Origin: Patescibacteria group bacterium
GTDB lineage: Bacteria; Patescibacteriota; Patescibacteriia; XYB2-FULL-38-15
Assembly (NCBI GenBank): GCA_041650995.1
Contig: JBAZJZ010000001.1
Span: forward strand, 227,166-291,165
DNA: 64,000 nt
Direction of reading: 5' to 3'
The notes under the pieces were generated by a model. It searched no databases. It saw only the letters and a list, made by a program, of their open reading frames with translations, and was not told the origin of the DNA. Shown here one piece after another: positions 47,169 through 58,134 of the stretch. The position numbers were made by a program, and so were the translations under genes. Each line of letters opens with the position of its first letter. The stretch's first letter is position 1.

Positions 47169-48113
47169 ATGAATTATAAAATATTATTTGCCGGTAGTGG
47201 GGAATTTGCCGCCGATATTTTAAACAGATTAGCCGATTCAGAATTTCGTCCAATTACTATAATTACTCAACCAGATAAACCAGTTGGTCGAAAAAAAACT
47301 CTCTCCCCTTCCCCGGTAAAAATTGAAGCACAAAAATTAGATCTTGAAATTTACGATCCAAGGAGTTTAAAAAATTTTGAAGCCGAAAAAACAATTAAAG
47401 ATTTGAAACCGGACTTATTGATTGTTGCTGATTATGGAAAGATAATTCCTAAAAATATTTTGGATATCCCAAAATTTGGCGCTCTAAATATTCACCCCTC
47501 CCTTTTGCCTCGCCATCGCGGCGCGGCGCCGATACAGTATACGATTTTAGAAGGCGATAAAAAAACAAGTGTTACAATAATTTTAATGGATGAACAAGTT
47601 GATCATGGGCCGATTGTAGCAATATCAGATTTGGACTTTGAAATTTCAAATTTAACACATACTGAATTATCGAAAAAATTATCAAAATTAGGTGGCGATT
47701 TATTGATAAAAATATTGCCTAAATGGTTTAGCGGCGAAATTAAGCCAATACCGCAAGATGAATCGCGGGCAACTTTCACAAAAATTTTAACGCGTGAAGA
47801 CGGAAAAATTGACTGGCAAAAATCAGCAGAAGAAATTGAGAGACAAATAAGAGCGCTCGAGGGGTGGCCGGGAACTTGGTGTGTATGGCCGGAGGAAAAT
47901 AAAAAATTGAAAATTTTACGCGCGGAAATTTTTGAAAATGATCCGACTGGCGGAGTCGGACAAGTTTCACTTTCTTCTGGCGGAGAAATAATAGTCACTA
48001 CGGGTAAGGGAACCTTAAAAATAAATGAGCTGCAGTTGGAAGGAAAAAATAAAGCAACAGGCCAAGAATTTTTGCGGGGTTATTCTAAAATCATCAGCGC
48101 TACTTTAATATAA
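47169..48113 (+). CDS. fmt: methionyl-tRNA formyltransferase
   Basis: Formyltransferase N-domain with SLLPRHRGAAPIQ. Confidence 0.9.
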   Translation: MNYKILFAGSGEFAADILNRLADSEFRPITIITQPDKPVGRKKTLSPSPVKIEAQKLDLEIYDPRSLKNFEAEKTIKDLKPDLLIVADYGKIIPKNILDIPKFGALNIHPSLLPRHRGAAPIQYTILEGDKKTSVTIILMDEQVDHGPIVAISDLDFEISNLTHTELSKKLSKLGGDLLIKILPKWFSGEIKPIPQDESRATFTKILTREDGKIDWQKSAEEIERQIRALEGWPGTWCVWPEENKKLKILRAEIFENDPTGGVGQVSLSSGGEIIVTTGKGTLKINELQLEGKNKATGQEFLRGYSKIISATLI

Positions 48114-48124
48114 ATTTATATAAT

Positions 48125-48160
48125 ACAAAACCAGTCGAATTAACGGCTGGTTTTGTATTT
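48125..48160. terminator. bidirectional terminator CAAAACCAGCCG..CGGCTGGTTTTG
   Basis: Seen in sequence. Confidence 0.55.
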
Positions 48161-48164
48161 ATCC

Positions 48165-48350
48165 TTATCTTGCAAAATTAGCTCTTCGCTTTTTGTTGCA
48201 TTCAAAGCAATAAATTGGTCGATCAGCGGCTGGCTTAAAAGGAAGCTCGGTGATCGGGGCGCCACAGTCAGCGCATTTGAGGTTCATGTCAGCGACATTG
48301 AACATCTGGCGCGGAGGTCTGGGGCCAAAGCCTTGATTGTTGAAGGCCAT
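48165..48350 (-). CDS. 61-aa zinc-ribbon protein (CxxC-x17-CxxC)
   Basis: CADCGAPITELPFKPAADRPIYCFEC. A leader of about 115 nt follows a consensus promoter. Confidence 0.55.
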   Translation of the reverse strand: MAFNNQGFGPRPPRQMFNVADMNLKCADCGAPITELPFKPAADRPIYCFECNKKRRANFAR

Positions 48351-48477
48351 AAGTTACTTGAAGTCTCGGTCATTTTAACTTATGACCTTTTGATATTATC
48401 TCAAGGATCTATCGTTAAAATTGTCCTACTCTTCTGCTCGCTCCCGTCTAAACGAGAGCTTATTTAATTATGTTTAC

Positions 48478-48505
48478 ATTATACACTATTCTATGAATTT
48501 GTCAA
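48478..48505 (-). promoter_or_regulatory. promoter TTGACA-16-TATAAT on the minus strand
   Basis: A perfect consensus. Confidence 0.45.
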
Positions 48506-48508
48506 GAT

Positions 48509-48542
48509 AAAAAGAAGTGGCGTCAACTTGCGTTAACGCCAC
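48509..48542 (-). terminator. minus-strand terminator GTGGCGTcAAC..GTTaACGCCAC for cassette F
   Basis: One mismatch in the stem. T-run on the minus strand. Confidence 0.45.
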
Positions 48543-48580
48543 TAAGAGAAATGATTTTGTAGTTCGGGTGAGGATTTGGG

Positions 48581-48973
48581 CTAGCCCCTCCATGAAACGT
48601 CGGTCAGGGGCACGCTGACCTCTACCTGGCGTTGCGGCCAGCCGTTCTCCGGACCGATCCTCCTGGCCGTCTCGCCCATCGTCTGGACGAATCGGCGAAG
48701 CGCGGAGTCGCTCCGACCCTCCCTCGTTTCGAAGGGAGGCGCGAGGTGCTCCAGAAGATCGGGCGAGAAGCCAATCGTGATCTGGAGCGGATCCTTGATG
48801 CCGTGTTCCTGGCTCGCAGGGATCGAGCTGTCGGGCATCACCGTGATGTCTTCCGGTTTCAATTTCAACCCGAAGTTGAAACGGCGGCATGCTTCGCGGA
48901 GCATCCGCTCGAGCCGTCCACAGCTGAACTCGTGGCTTCCTCCTCCTTTGACCAAAAATTTCACTTTGCCCAT
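48581..48973 (-). CDS. hypothetical 130 aa protein, GC-rich (cassette F)
   Basis: RBS GGGAAGGAGAAAG. The alternative 178-aa and 137-aa frames are R-rich or low complexity. Confidence 0.5.
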   Translation of the reverse strand: MGKVKFLVKGGGSHEFSCGRLERMLREACRRFNFGLKLKPEDITVMPDSSIPASQEHGIKDPLQITIGFSPDLLEHLAPPFETREGRSDSALRRFVQTMGETARRIGPENGWPQRQVEVSVPLTDVSWRG

Positions 48974-49032
48974 CTCTTGTCTTTCTCCTTCCCTTTCCCC
49001 CTACTGCCGCCCTATGCAGCAAACTCGATTAT

Positions 49033-49060
49033 ATTTTATACTTAATTGATATTTTGTCAA
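49033..49060 (-). promoter_or_regulatory. promoter TTGACA-16-TAAAAT on the minus strand for cassette F
   Basis: Consensus hexamers. Confidence 0.45.
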
Positions 49061-49111
49061 GATTAAAAACCTCCGCTTTCACGGGGGTTTTTGTCAAAAC
49101 TTTTGTCCCGG

Positions 49112-50815
49112 TTATTTTTTTAACTTTTGAATAAATATATCACAAAAAATTATATATCCAATTCCCAAAGGATGGTTCAAATATGGACTAAAAAAATTTG
49201 TGGCTAAAAGGGCGGCTAATCCGGCCAAAAACCCGAATGCTATAAATACCCCAGAACGCCCCAAACCCCAGCCAGAACGCCAAATTTTAGCGATAAAAAG
49301 AAGATAAACAACTAGTCCGGCCAAGCCAATTTTAAGCATTATATCCAAATATCCCCATTCAAAAGCGTAGGTTGTAAAAATCCCCCCTGGATTAACCTGA
49401 ACCGCGCGAGGATCACTGCTTTTGTAAGTGACTGTTGTCCCAAACCCTGAACCAATAATTGGATGTTTTATAATTGCTTGTCCAAGCGGTGGCAAAAGAT
49501 CCCAACGGCTCCGGACCGCGGCTTCGTCTAAATCGGTCAGGCGGTCGCTAAACATTGAAGCAAAAGAAATTCTTCCCGGCTCGGGAAATGGAAATTGCGC
49601 GGTCGCGAAAGTCGCGGACAAAGAAATTACTAAAATGGCGAGGCCGGCTAAACCAATTTTTACAATTTTTCCCAAAGAAAATTTTTGAATAATTAAAATT
49701 ATCAAAAGTGCGAGAAGTCCGACCGCGAGCCCAACCCAAAAACTTCGAGAAAAACTGATCAAAACCGAAGTCAATGATCCAATCGCCAATAACCAATATC
49801 TCTTGTCCTTTTTGTTTTGCCAAATTAAGAAAGCGGAAAAAATAAAAAACCCAATCAGTAAATAAATCTGCGACTGGAAAAATATTCGGTAAAAACCGCT
49901 TGGCATTAATGTAACTTCTCCGATTAAAAATTGCCGGAGCCAACGATAGATCGGAAGAACTGCGACTTCAAAACCATGAGAAAAAATGTAAAGGAAGAAA
50001 AAAGTTTTGATAATAATAACCGTAACGGCGGCGGTGAAAATTTGTAAAACATTTTCAATTTGTTCGCGCGATTTTATAACATCAACGAGCGGGAAAATAA
50101 TGCCAAAATAAAGCCAGCCATTAAAATCAAAAAATAAATTTTGGAAAGAGTTGCCGCGAATTAATCCCCAAATAAATCCCCAGATAATAAATGCAAACAA
50201 TATCCAATACCATTTATTTAGCGAAAATTTAAAATCCCGTTTTTCAATTCTTCTATATACCCAAACTGCCATCACAATTAAAAATAAGGCAATGCGCAGA
50301 GAGACCGAAGTTCCGCCTAAATCAAAATAAAATAAATATCCTTTTGAACCAATAAACAATTCTGCTAATAGGATATAAATTCCATATTCCAATTTTTCCA
50401 AAGTTAAAACTAAAGTCAGGCCAAGAATAACAAAAAATGATACTTTATTAAAGAGCGGGAAAAAATACGCGACAAAAGACAAAATTAACGCGAAAGAAAC
50501 GAAGAGCAGCGAGGTTTTAAAATATTTTCCGAATAAGTTCATATCTTGACAATTTATATTTTTATTGATAGATTGTAGTGTAGCCTGAACAATCTCGTTT
50601 AGGCCAGAAGGAGGGTATAAGGGATGAATTCCCGACTCGAAAGACTCAAGGTGACGATCGCGAAGTGCGAGAAGATCGAGGAGATTTTCGCCAAGCATCG
50701 CGTTCGCGGAACGGAGCCCACCCACTACGACGACGTGATCGCCGGCTTCGACACTCCGGCGCGAAGCGGCTTTCTCTTGAGGTGGGATCTCGTGGTTAAG
50801 GGTTCGGCCGGCCAC
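49112..50815 (-). CDS. O-antigen ligase/polymerase-like (Wzy_C-type) polytopic membrane protein. The true start is probably ATG at about 50542 (MNLFGKYF).
   Basis: About 12 TM segments. The N-terminal 95 aa of the track ORF are GC-rich and antisense to cassette H. Confidence 0.6.
   Translation of the reverse strand: MAGRTLNHEIPPQEKAASRRSVEAGDHVVVVGGLRSANAMLGENLLDLLALRDRHLESFESGIHPLYPPSGLNEIVQATLQSINKNINCQDMNLFGKYFKTSLLFVSFALILSFVAYFFPLFNKVSFFVILGLTLVLTLEKLEYGIYILLAELFIGSKGYLFYFDLGGTSVSLRIALFLIVMAVWVYRRIEKRDFKFSLNKWYWILFAFIIWGFIWGLIRGNSFQNLFFDFNGWLYFGIIFPLVDVIKSREQIENVLQIFTAAVTVIIIKTFFFLYIFSHGFEVAVLPIYRWLRQFLIGEVTLMPSGFYRIFFQSQIYLLIGFFIFSAFLIWQNKKDKRYWLLAIGSLTSVLISFSRSFWVGLAVGLLALLIILIIQKFSLGKIVKIGLAGLAILVISLSATFATAQFPFPEPGRISFASMFSDRLTDLDEAAVRSRWDLLPPLGQAIIKHPIIGSGFGTTVTYKSSDPRAVQVNPGGIFTTYAFEWGYLDIMLKIGLAGLVVYLLFIAKIWRSGWGLGRSGVFIAFGFLAGLAALLATNFFSPYLNHPLGIGYIIFCDIFIQKLKK
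50546..50574 (+). promoter_or_regulatory. promoter TTGACA-17-TAGATT for cassette H. It abuts the ligase start codon on the other strand.
   Basis: Seen in sequence. Confidence 0.45.
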
Positions 50816-51094
50816 AGAGAAAACCTCCTGGGGCGAGAACCGACCTGCATCGAGATTTCTCTCTCGGGCGGGGAACGGGGTGACCGGCTGATCATCCTCT
50901 CCTACCTCCCGGAGACCCGCGGCTGGACGATCGAAGGATCGACCGATATCGGTCTGGACGGGATTCCAGCCATTCGCAACCTGGCCGCCGACTGCAGGCT
51001 TTCGGCCGGCGAGGAGCGCCAGATCGGTGAGGACGAAGCGATGAAGATCATCGCCACGCTCGCCGTTTTCTATAAGAGCCAGCCCGTGGGCTAG
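50624..51094 (+). CDS. hypothetical 156 aa protein, GC-rich (cassette H)
   Basis: RBS GAAGGAGGG. Confidence 0.55.
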   Translation: MNSRLERLKVTIAKCEKIEEIFAKHRVRGTEPTHYDDVIAGFDTPARSGFLLRWDLVVKGSAGHRENLLGREPTCIEISLSGGERGDRLIILSYLPETRGWTIEGSTDIGLDGIPAIRNLAADCRLSAGEERQIGEDEAMKIIATLAVFYKSQPVG

Positions 51095-51121
51095 ACCTCG
51101 ACGGACGGAGGAACGAACTAC

Positions 51122-51165
51122 CGCCGACTAAAAAGCGAAAGCTAATTAGTCGGCGTTTTTTTATT
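51122..51165 (+). terminator. terminator CGCCGACTAA..TTAGTCGGCG followed by TTTTTTT
   Basis: 10-bp stem. Confidence 0.55.
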
Positions 51166-52009
51166 TTTTAAAACTTTGTGCAGACCAAGCAAGGATCAAG
51201 CTTAACGGTCGGAGAATCTGAATTGCAAGCCACTCCCCTTTTGTGCCGTGCTTTTTAAAATAATAAGATAAACTTCGGTTAAAATCTTTTTGTTTTTTAA
51301 TACCCATGGCTTGTTTAAAACTTTGCCCAAAATGATGAATAATTTTCGCCTCTGGAGTATATAAAATTTTAAAATCCGCCTCTTTCGCGCGTTTACAAAA
51401 ATCAACTTCCTCAAACCAAATCCAAAAATTTTCATCAAGCATCCCGATTTTATTTATCACTTCTCGGCGAATCAGCATAAACGCGCCCATTACCTGATCA
51501 GCTTCTTGTATTTTTTCATAATCAAAATCCTGAACTAAATATTTATACATCGTTTTGGAGTGTGGCAGGAGATGGTGAATTTTTAATAAAATGAAAATTT
51601 GCGAGGCCAAGTCTGGAAAAGCGCGAACTGACGGTTGAAGCGACAAATCTGGATTTAATAATTTACAGCCGCCGATGCCGCACTCGGGATGAGTGTCCAT
51701 AAATTGAACCATCTTGCCTAATGCGTTATCCAGAATTTCCGTATCCGGATTTAAAAGTAAAATATACCGACCACGAGATTTTTTTATTGCTAAATTATTT
51801 CCTTTGGCAAAACCCAAATTTTCCGCGCTCGCTGTTAAATCAACTTGGGGAAATTTTTCTCTTACCATTTCTACACTTCCATCGCCTGAATTGTTATCCA
51901 CGACAAAAACTTCAAAAGTAATATCTTTTGTTTGTTCAAAAATTGATTTCAAACATTTTTCTAGCAAATCCTTGACTTTCCAATTTACGATAATGATTGA
52001 CAAGTCCAT
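51161..52009 (-). CDS. GT2-family glycosyltransferase
   Basis: LSIIIVNWK..VVDNNSGDGS. Confidence 0.75.
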   Translation of the reverse strand: MDLSIIIVNWKVKDLLEKCLKSIFEQTKDITFEVFVVDNNSGDGSVEMVREKFPQVDLTASAENLGFAKGNNLAIKKSRGRYILLLNPDTEILDNALGKMVQFMDTHPECGIGGCKLLNPDLSLQPSVRAFPDLASQIFILLKIHHLLPHSKTMYKYLVQDFDYEKIQEADQVMGAFMLIRREVINKIGMLDENFWIWFEEVDFCKRAKEADFKILYTPEAKIIHHFGQSFKQAMGIKKQKDFNRSLSYYFKKHGTKGEWLAIQILRPLSLILAWSAQSFKK

Positions 52010-52010
52010 A

Positions 52011-52712
52011 TTATAAATGATGTTTTGCTTTGATAATTTTCAAAGCGGCACTGTATTTTTTTATCGCCTTTGGCGCCCAACCAATTTTTTCCCAAGGAAT
52101 TTTATACATAAAACTTGGCAGCCAAGAAGAAATTCCGGTTCGGCGAGGTTTTACAGTAAATAAAAATTCGGGCACCCAAATACCAACGTGTCCTTGCTCA
52201 GCCATCGTTAGCCACAAATCCCAATCCTGAAATTTTTTTAAACTTTCATCCCAGCCGGGAAAGTGTTCGCGACGAATAAGTGTTGTAGAAGTAATATAAT
52301 TCATTTTCTTAAGCGCCTCGCCATCAAACTCATGAAGACCAAATTTTTTTCTGCCCCACATAAAAGATGAATAGGCAAAAGATGCTTCGGGATGATTTAA
52401 AAGCGCGTCTAACATTTTTTGAAGCATTTCCGGTTTGGCGTCAATATCGGCATCAGCAAAAATTATAAACTGGCTGGTTGATTCCCTAAATCCCCTATTT
52501 CTTGCTGCCGGCGCGCCAAGATTTTTTTGGTTAATAATTTTTATTCGGTCTTTATATTTTTCCAAAACTTCAGCCGTGTTATCCGTTGAACCATCATTAA
52601 CTACAATAATTTCAAAATCTTTGAATGTTTGGTTAAACAATGATAAAAGACACGCTTCAATCGTGTCTCCGTGCTGGTAGGTTGGGATTATTACGCTTAT
52701 TTTTGGGAACAT
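52011..52712 (-). CDS. GT2-family glycosyltransferase
   Basis: ISVIIPTYQ..IIVVNDGSTDNT. Confidence 0.75.
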   Translation of the reverse strand: MFPKISVIIPTYQHGDTIEACLLSLFNQTFKDFEIIVVNDGSTDNTAEVLEKYKDRIKIINQKNLGAPAARNRGFRESTSQFIIFADADIDAKPEMLQKMLDALLNHPEASFAYSSFMWGRKKFGLHEFDGEALKKMNYITSTTLIRREHFPGWDESLKKFQDWDLWLTMAEQGHVGIWVPEFLFTVKPRRTGISSWLPSFMYKIPWEKIGWAPKAIKKYSAALKIIKAKHHL

Positions 52713-52742
52713 ATTTTTATAATTATAAAGGTTTTTGCTTTA

Positions 52743-52789
52743 AAAAACAAGATAAAAAGATCCACCAGGGCACAGCCAGTAGTGGATCA
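52743..52789 (-). terminator. minus-strand terminator GATCCAC..GTGGATC with a T-run
   Basis: Downstream of the GC-rich paralog. Confidence 0.5.
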
Positions 52790-52818
52790 GATGGAAAATA
52801 TTCGGTTGTACTGCTCGG

Positions 52819-53280
52819 CTACCTCACGGGTTGGAATTGGATCTTGCCCTCATCCCCGGTTCTGCTCACGATCTCCATGTAGTAGAGTTCGATCTCGAGC
52901 CTGGGGCAACGCCGTTGCAGCGTATCTCGCGCGGCTCGCATATCGTCCTCATGGGCCGCTCTCTCCGCTTCAAGGCTCGGGAACGCCTCCGAACCGCCCC
53001 AGGCCTTGCAGTCGCGATGGGCGATCAAGATGACCCGCGTAGCTTGGTGGTGATGGTCAGAGACCCTACTGAACGCACCCAGGAAAACGTTCCTTGTTTC
53101 TCGATCGGTGTAGACCCTCGGCCCAGAAGGAAAAGTGTAGGGCGTGTAGAATAGAATGCCCAGCTCGTGCCTCAAGAAATCCTGGTGCTGCTGGACAAAC
53201 CGATAGTCCAGACAGAAGACGGCTACTACCGGGACTCTCAGTTTGAGATCAACCAGGTACAACTTACTTGCTTCTCTCAT
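52819..53280 (-). CDS. beta-carbonic-anhydrase-like zinc-site protein, the GC-rich copy (cassette I)
   Basis: CLDYR (CxDxR) and HRDC (HxxC). RBS AAGGAGGAGGG. Homologous to the adjacent native gene. Confidence 0.55.
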   Translation of the reverse strand: MREASKLYLVDLKLRVPVVAVFCLDYRFVQQHQDFLRHELGILFYTPYTFPSGPRVYTDRETRNVFLGAFSRVSDHHHQATRVILIAHRDCKAWGGSEAFPSLEAERAAHEDDMRAARDTLQRRCPRLEIELYYMEIVSRTGDEGKIQFQPVR

Positions 53281-53372
53281 CTTCCCTCCTCCTTAACTCC
53301 TCCCCCTGTTTATTTTTTCAAAAAATTTAAAAAAATAAACCGAGAGACGTTATCTTTCGGCAAAGAATATTT

Positions 53373-53807
53373 TTACTCAACTGGATTAAATTCTATGTTT
53401 TCACCAATAATTTCCGCGTAAAACATACTGACCGAAATTTTTGGGAATTGCTCAAGCAAAATATCTCGGACAGTTTGTAAATCTTTTATTTGCGTTGCTT
53501 CTTCAGTCGCCAGATCCGGAAAAGCTACTGATCCACCGTAAGCGCCGCAATCGCGATGGGCAATTAAAATAATTTTTTCAATATGGTGCAAATTAATTGA
53601 CACATTTTTGAGCGCTTCAAGAAAAACGTTACGCGTTGGTTCGCTGACTAAGGCTTTTGGTCCGCCCGGAAAAACATATTGATCAAATTCTTCAAAGCCA
53701 AGTTCGCGCGAAATAAATTGTTCATGCTGAGTTCGAAATCTTGGATCAAGACAATAGATCGCGGCTACTGGAACATGATGAAAATTTTTAAAAGGATATT
53801 GTTGCAT
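53373..53807 (-). CDS. beta-carbonic-anhydrase-like zinc-site protein, the native AT-rich copy
   Basis: CLDPR and IAHRDCGAYGG. It aligns with 52819..53280 along its full length. Confidence 0.55.
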   Translation of the reverse strand: MQQYPFKNFHHVPVAAIYCLDPRFRTQHEQFISRELGFEEFDQYVFPGGPKALVSEPTRNVFLEALKNVSINLHHIEKIILIAHRDCGAYGGSVAFPDLATEEATQIKDLQTVRDILLEQFPKISVSMFYAEIIGENIEFNPVE

Positions 53808-53819
53808 AATATAAATAAA

Positions 53820-54266
53820 TTATTCTTCAACTTTAATGCTCGGCGCGGTGCGTGCCCGGCTTCTTTTTCTCGCGACCTTAAGACGCGCCAATTCGCGTTC
53901 AAGACTAGCCGCTGCATCAGCGTATTTTTCCGCATCAACATGTTTTTCTTCAAGAACTTTTTGCGCTCGCTCTCTGGCTTTTTCAATTTCTACTTCCACA
54001 AGTTCTTCCGCCTTTTCCGCGGTATCGGCCAAAATCAAAACTTTATCTCCAGTAACTTCAATAAATCCGCCAGAACAAGACATGGCGATTTCCTCTTTAT
54101 CTTTTTTGGCAACAATCTCTCCTGGACGAAGCATGGCAATCAAGGGAATGTGATTTGGCAAAATCGTAATCTCTCCTTCCGCCGTAGGAATAGTTATTTG
54201 ATCAACTTCATCTTTTAAGACAACTCTTTCGGGAGTAATGATTTCAAATTTTAATTTGGAGGCCAT
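53820..54266 (-). CDS. atpC: F1 ATP synthase epsilon subunit
   Basis: Position and sequence. Confidence 0.85.
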   Translation of the reverse strand: MASKLKFEIITPERVVLKDEVDQITIPTAEGEITILPNHIPLIAMLRPGEIVAKKDKEEIAMSCSGGFIEVTGDKVLILADTAEKAEELVEVEIEKARERAQKVLEEKHVDAEKYADAAASLERELARLKVARKRSRARTAPSIKVEE

Positions 54267-54283
54267 GTCAATTTTTTTAATTA

Positions 54284-55675
<1,392 letters not shown>

Positions 55676-55686
55676 TTAAATTAATG

Positions 55687-56595
55687 CTATTCCAGGGCCG
55701 CCTTGCCACTTACAATTTCCATAATTTCTTTTGTGATAGCCGACTGGCGAACTTGATTATACATTAAAGTTAAATCAAATATCATGTCTTCGGCAGAATC
55801 AGAAGCATTCTTCATCGCCACCATTCTGGCGGAATGTTCCGAAGCGTTAGATTCCAAAATTGCCTGAAAAATTTGCATTTCCACCATTTTCGGTAGCATA
55901 TATTCCAAAACTTGATCGGGCGACGGTTCAAATAAAAATTCATATTCTTTTTCTTCACGCTTTTCCGGCGTTTTTTCTTCACTCACTTTTCCCAAATCCG
56001 CGTCACGCTCCCGAGAAAACGGCAAGAGTTTTAAAATTCTCGGGCGCTGGGAAATTGTAGAAATAAAATCAGTATAAGCCAGATAAACTTCGTCGTACTT
56101 TCCCGCGGAAAAATCATCAATCACAATTTTCGCAATCGCTCTAATCTCCGCGAGCCGTGTCACGCTGGATAAATTCGTAAAATCCGCCACGAGTTTTATT
56201 TTGTGGCGCGCCGTAAAATCCCGGCTTTTTTTCCCGACAGTTAAAAACTCCATTTCAATTCCCTTGTCCATTAAACCTTTGGAAAATTCCGCGATTTTTT
56301 TAATAATTTGCGCGTTAAATCCTCCGCACAAACCGCGATCAGAAGAAACCAAAACCACGCAAACCTTTTTAACTTTATCTTTTTTAACTAAGAAAGAATG
56401 AAGTTTAGAATCGGTTTTTCCCGACAAATCAGAAATCAAAGACCAAGCCCGGTTGGCGTAATCGCGAGTGCGAAGCGTTGCCTGCTGGGCTTTTCTCATT
56501 TTTGAAGCCGCAACCATTTCCATCGCCTTGGTAATTTTTTTGGTGTTAGTGATGGATTTGATACGTCTTCGGATGATTTTTGTAGAAACGGCCAT
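55687..56595 (-). CDS. atpG: F1 ATP synthase gamma subunit
   Basis: Position and sequence. Confidence 0.85.
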   Translation of the reverse strand: MAVSTKIIRRRIKSITNTKKITKAMEMVAASKMRKAQQATLRTRDYANRAWSLISDLSGKTDSKLHSFLVKKDKVKKVCVVLVSSDRGLCGGFNAQIIKKIAEFSKGLMDKGIEMEFLTVGKKSRDFTARHKIKLVADFTNLSSVTRLAEIRAIAKIVIDDFSAGKYDEVYLAYTDFISTISQRPRILKLLPFSRERDADLGKVSEEKTPEKREEKEYEFLFEPSPDQVLEYMLPKMVEMQIFQAILESNASEHSARMVAMKNASDSAEDMIFDLTLMYNQVRQSAITKEIMEIVSGKAALE

Positions 56596-56610
56596 TGCTG
56601 TGCGTTAAAA

Positions 56611-58128
56611 TTATAAGCTTGCCTTAAAATCCGCGATAGTTGTTTTTAATTTTTCTTCAATTTCCGGAACTAACTCTTTCTTTTTCGCAATCTCTGCCAA
56701 AACGCCAGCCGGTTCGGATTTCAGATACGCATGGAATTTATCTTCCCACTCTTTTAATTTTTCCACTGGCACGTCATCCAAATAACCATTGATGCCGGCG
56801 TAAAGAATCGCGACCTGATTTTCCATAGACATCGGAACATATTGGCCTTGTTTTAAAACTTCAGTTAATCTTCTGCCGCGTTCAATTTGTTTTCTTGTTG
56901 CTTCATCAAGATCTGAAGCAAATTGGGCAAAGGCCTCAAGTTCACGGAATTGCGCCAAGTCCAAACGCAAACGGCCGGCAACTTTTTTCATAGCTTTAGT
57001 CTGTGCGGCGGAACCAACGCGGGAAACGGAAAGACCGACGTTTAGAGCCGGACGAATACCTTTGTAAAATAAATCTGATTCCAAATAAATCTGGCCGTCG
57101 GTAATGGAAATAACATTGGTCGGAATGTAAGCGGAAACATCTCCAGCCTGAGTTTCAATAATTGGCAAAGCGGTCAAAGATCCACCGCCAAAATCAGGAT
57201 TCATCTTTGCGGCGCGTTCCAAAAGGCGTGAATGCAAATAAAAAATATCGCCCGGATAAGCTTCACGTCCCGGAGGTCGGCGAAGAAGTAAAGAGATTTG
57301 ACGATAAGAGGCGGCGTGCTTTGAAAGATCATCATAAATAACAAGTGCGTCTTTGCCCTGATCCATAAAATATTCGCCCATGGCGCAGCCAGCGTAAGGC
57401 GCGATAAAAGAAAGTGAAGCGGGATCTGAAGCGCCGGCAGACACGACAATTGTGTGCTCCATAGCGCCAAATTCTTCAAATTTGGCTACAATTTTAGCAA
57501 TTTTTGATTCCTTCTGTCCGATAGCCACATAAATACAAACACAATTTTTCCCCTTTTGATTAATAATCGTATCAATCGCGAGGGCGGTTTTTCCGGTTTG
57601 ACGATCTCCAATAATTAATTCTCTTTGCCCGCGGCCGATTGGGATCATAGAATCGATAGCTTTAATGCCGGTTTGGAGCGGAGTCGCAACTTTTTGTCTT
57701 GTTATAACGCCCGGCGCAATTTTTTCTATCGGATAAAATTTACTTTCTTTTATAGCGCCTTTTCCATCTTTCGGCAGACCAAGAGAATCCACAACTCTTC
57801 CAATCAAATTTTCTCCGACAGGTACGGATAGAATTCTGCCAGTGCTTTTGACCGTATCCCCTTCTTTAATATGAATATGTTCACCCAAAATCATGGCGCC
57901 GATAATATCTTCTTCAAGATTTAGGGCAACGCCAAAAACCGACTCCCCTGATTTTTCACTGCTCACAAATTCAAGCATTTCTCCGGCCATGCACTCCGAG
58001 AGCCCAGTAATTCTTGCGATACCATCGCCAATCTCCGCGACATGGCCGACTTTTTCCACACCAGAGGAAACTTTTGCTTCGGCAATTTGTTTTTTTAAAC
58101 TTTCAATAATAAAATTCACGTCCGACAT
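56611..58128 (-). CDS. atpA: F1 ATP synthase alpha subunit
   Basis: GDRQTGKT P-loop. Confidence 0.95.
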   Translation of the reverse strand: MSDVNFIIESLKKQIAEAKVSSGVEKVGHVAEIGDGIARITGLSECMAGEMLEFVSSEKSGESVFGVALNLEEDIIGAMILGEHIHIKEGDTVKSTGRILSVPVGENLIGRVVDSLGLPKDGKGAIKESKFYPIEKIAPGVITRQKVATPLQTGIKAIDSMIPIGRGQRELIIGDRQTGKTALAIDTIINQKGKNCVCIYVAIGQKESKIAKIVAKFEEFGAMEHTIVVSAGASDPASLSFIAPYAGCAMGEYFMDQGKDALVIYDDLSKHAASYRQISLLLRRPPGREAYPGDIFYLHSRLLERAAKMNPDFGGGSLTALPIIETQAGDVSAYIPTNVISITDGQIYLESDLFYKGIRPALNVGLSVSRVGSAAQTKAMKKVAGRLRLDLAQFRELEAFAQFASDLDEATRKQIERGRRLTEVLKQGQYVPMSMENQVAILYAGINGYLDDVPVEKLKEWEDKFHAYLKSEPAGVLAEIAKKKELVPEIEEKLKTTIADFKASL

Positions 58129-58134
58129 AATTTT

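Noticed and set aside
48486-49045. The 178-aa (-) and 137-aa (+) alternative frames in island F
   Set aside because: They are R/G-rich and low complexity, and they lack an RBS. The 130-aa frame has GGGAAGGAGAAAG upstream of its ATG and matches the promoter and terminator orientation.
50543-50815. The N-terminal 95-aa extension of the 567-aa membrane-protein ORF (49112..50815)
   Set aside because: The extension is GC-rich and antisense to cassette H. A better start (ATG, MNLFGKYF) lies at about 50542, right where composition returns to native.
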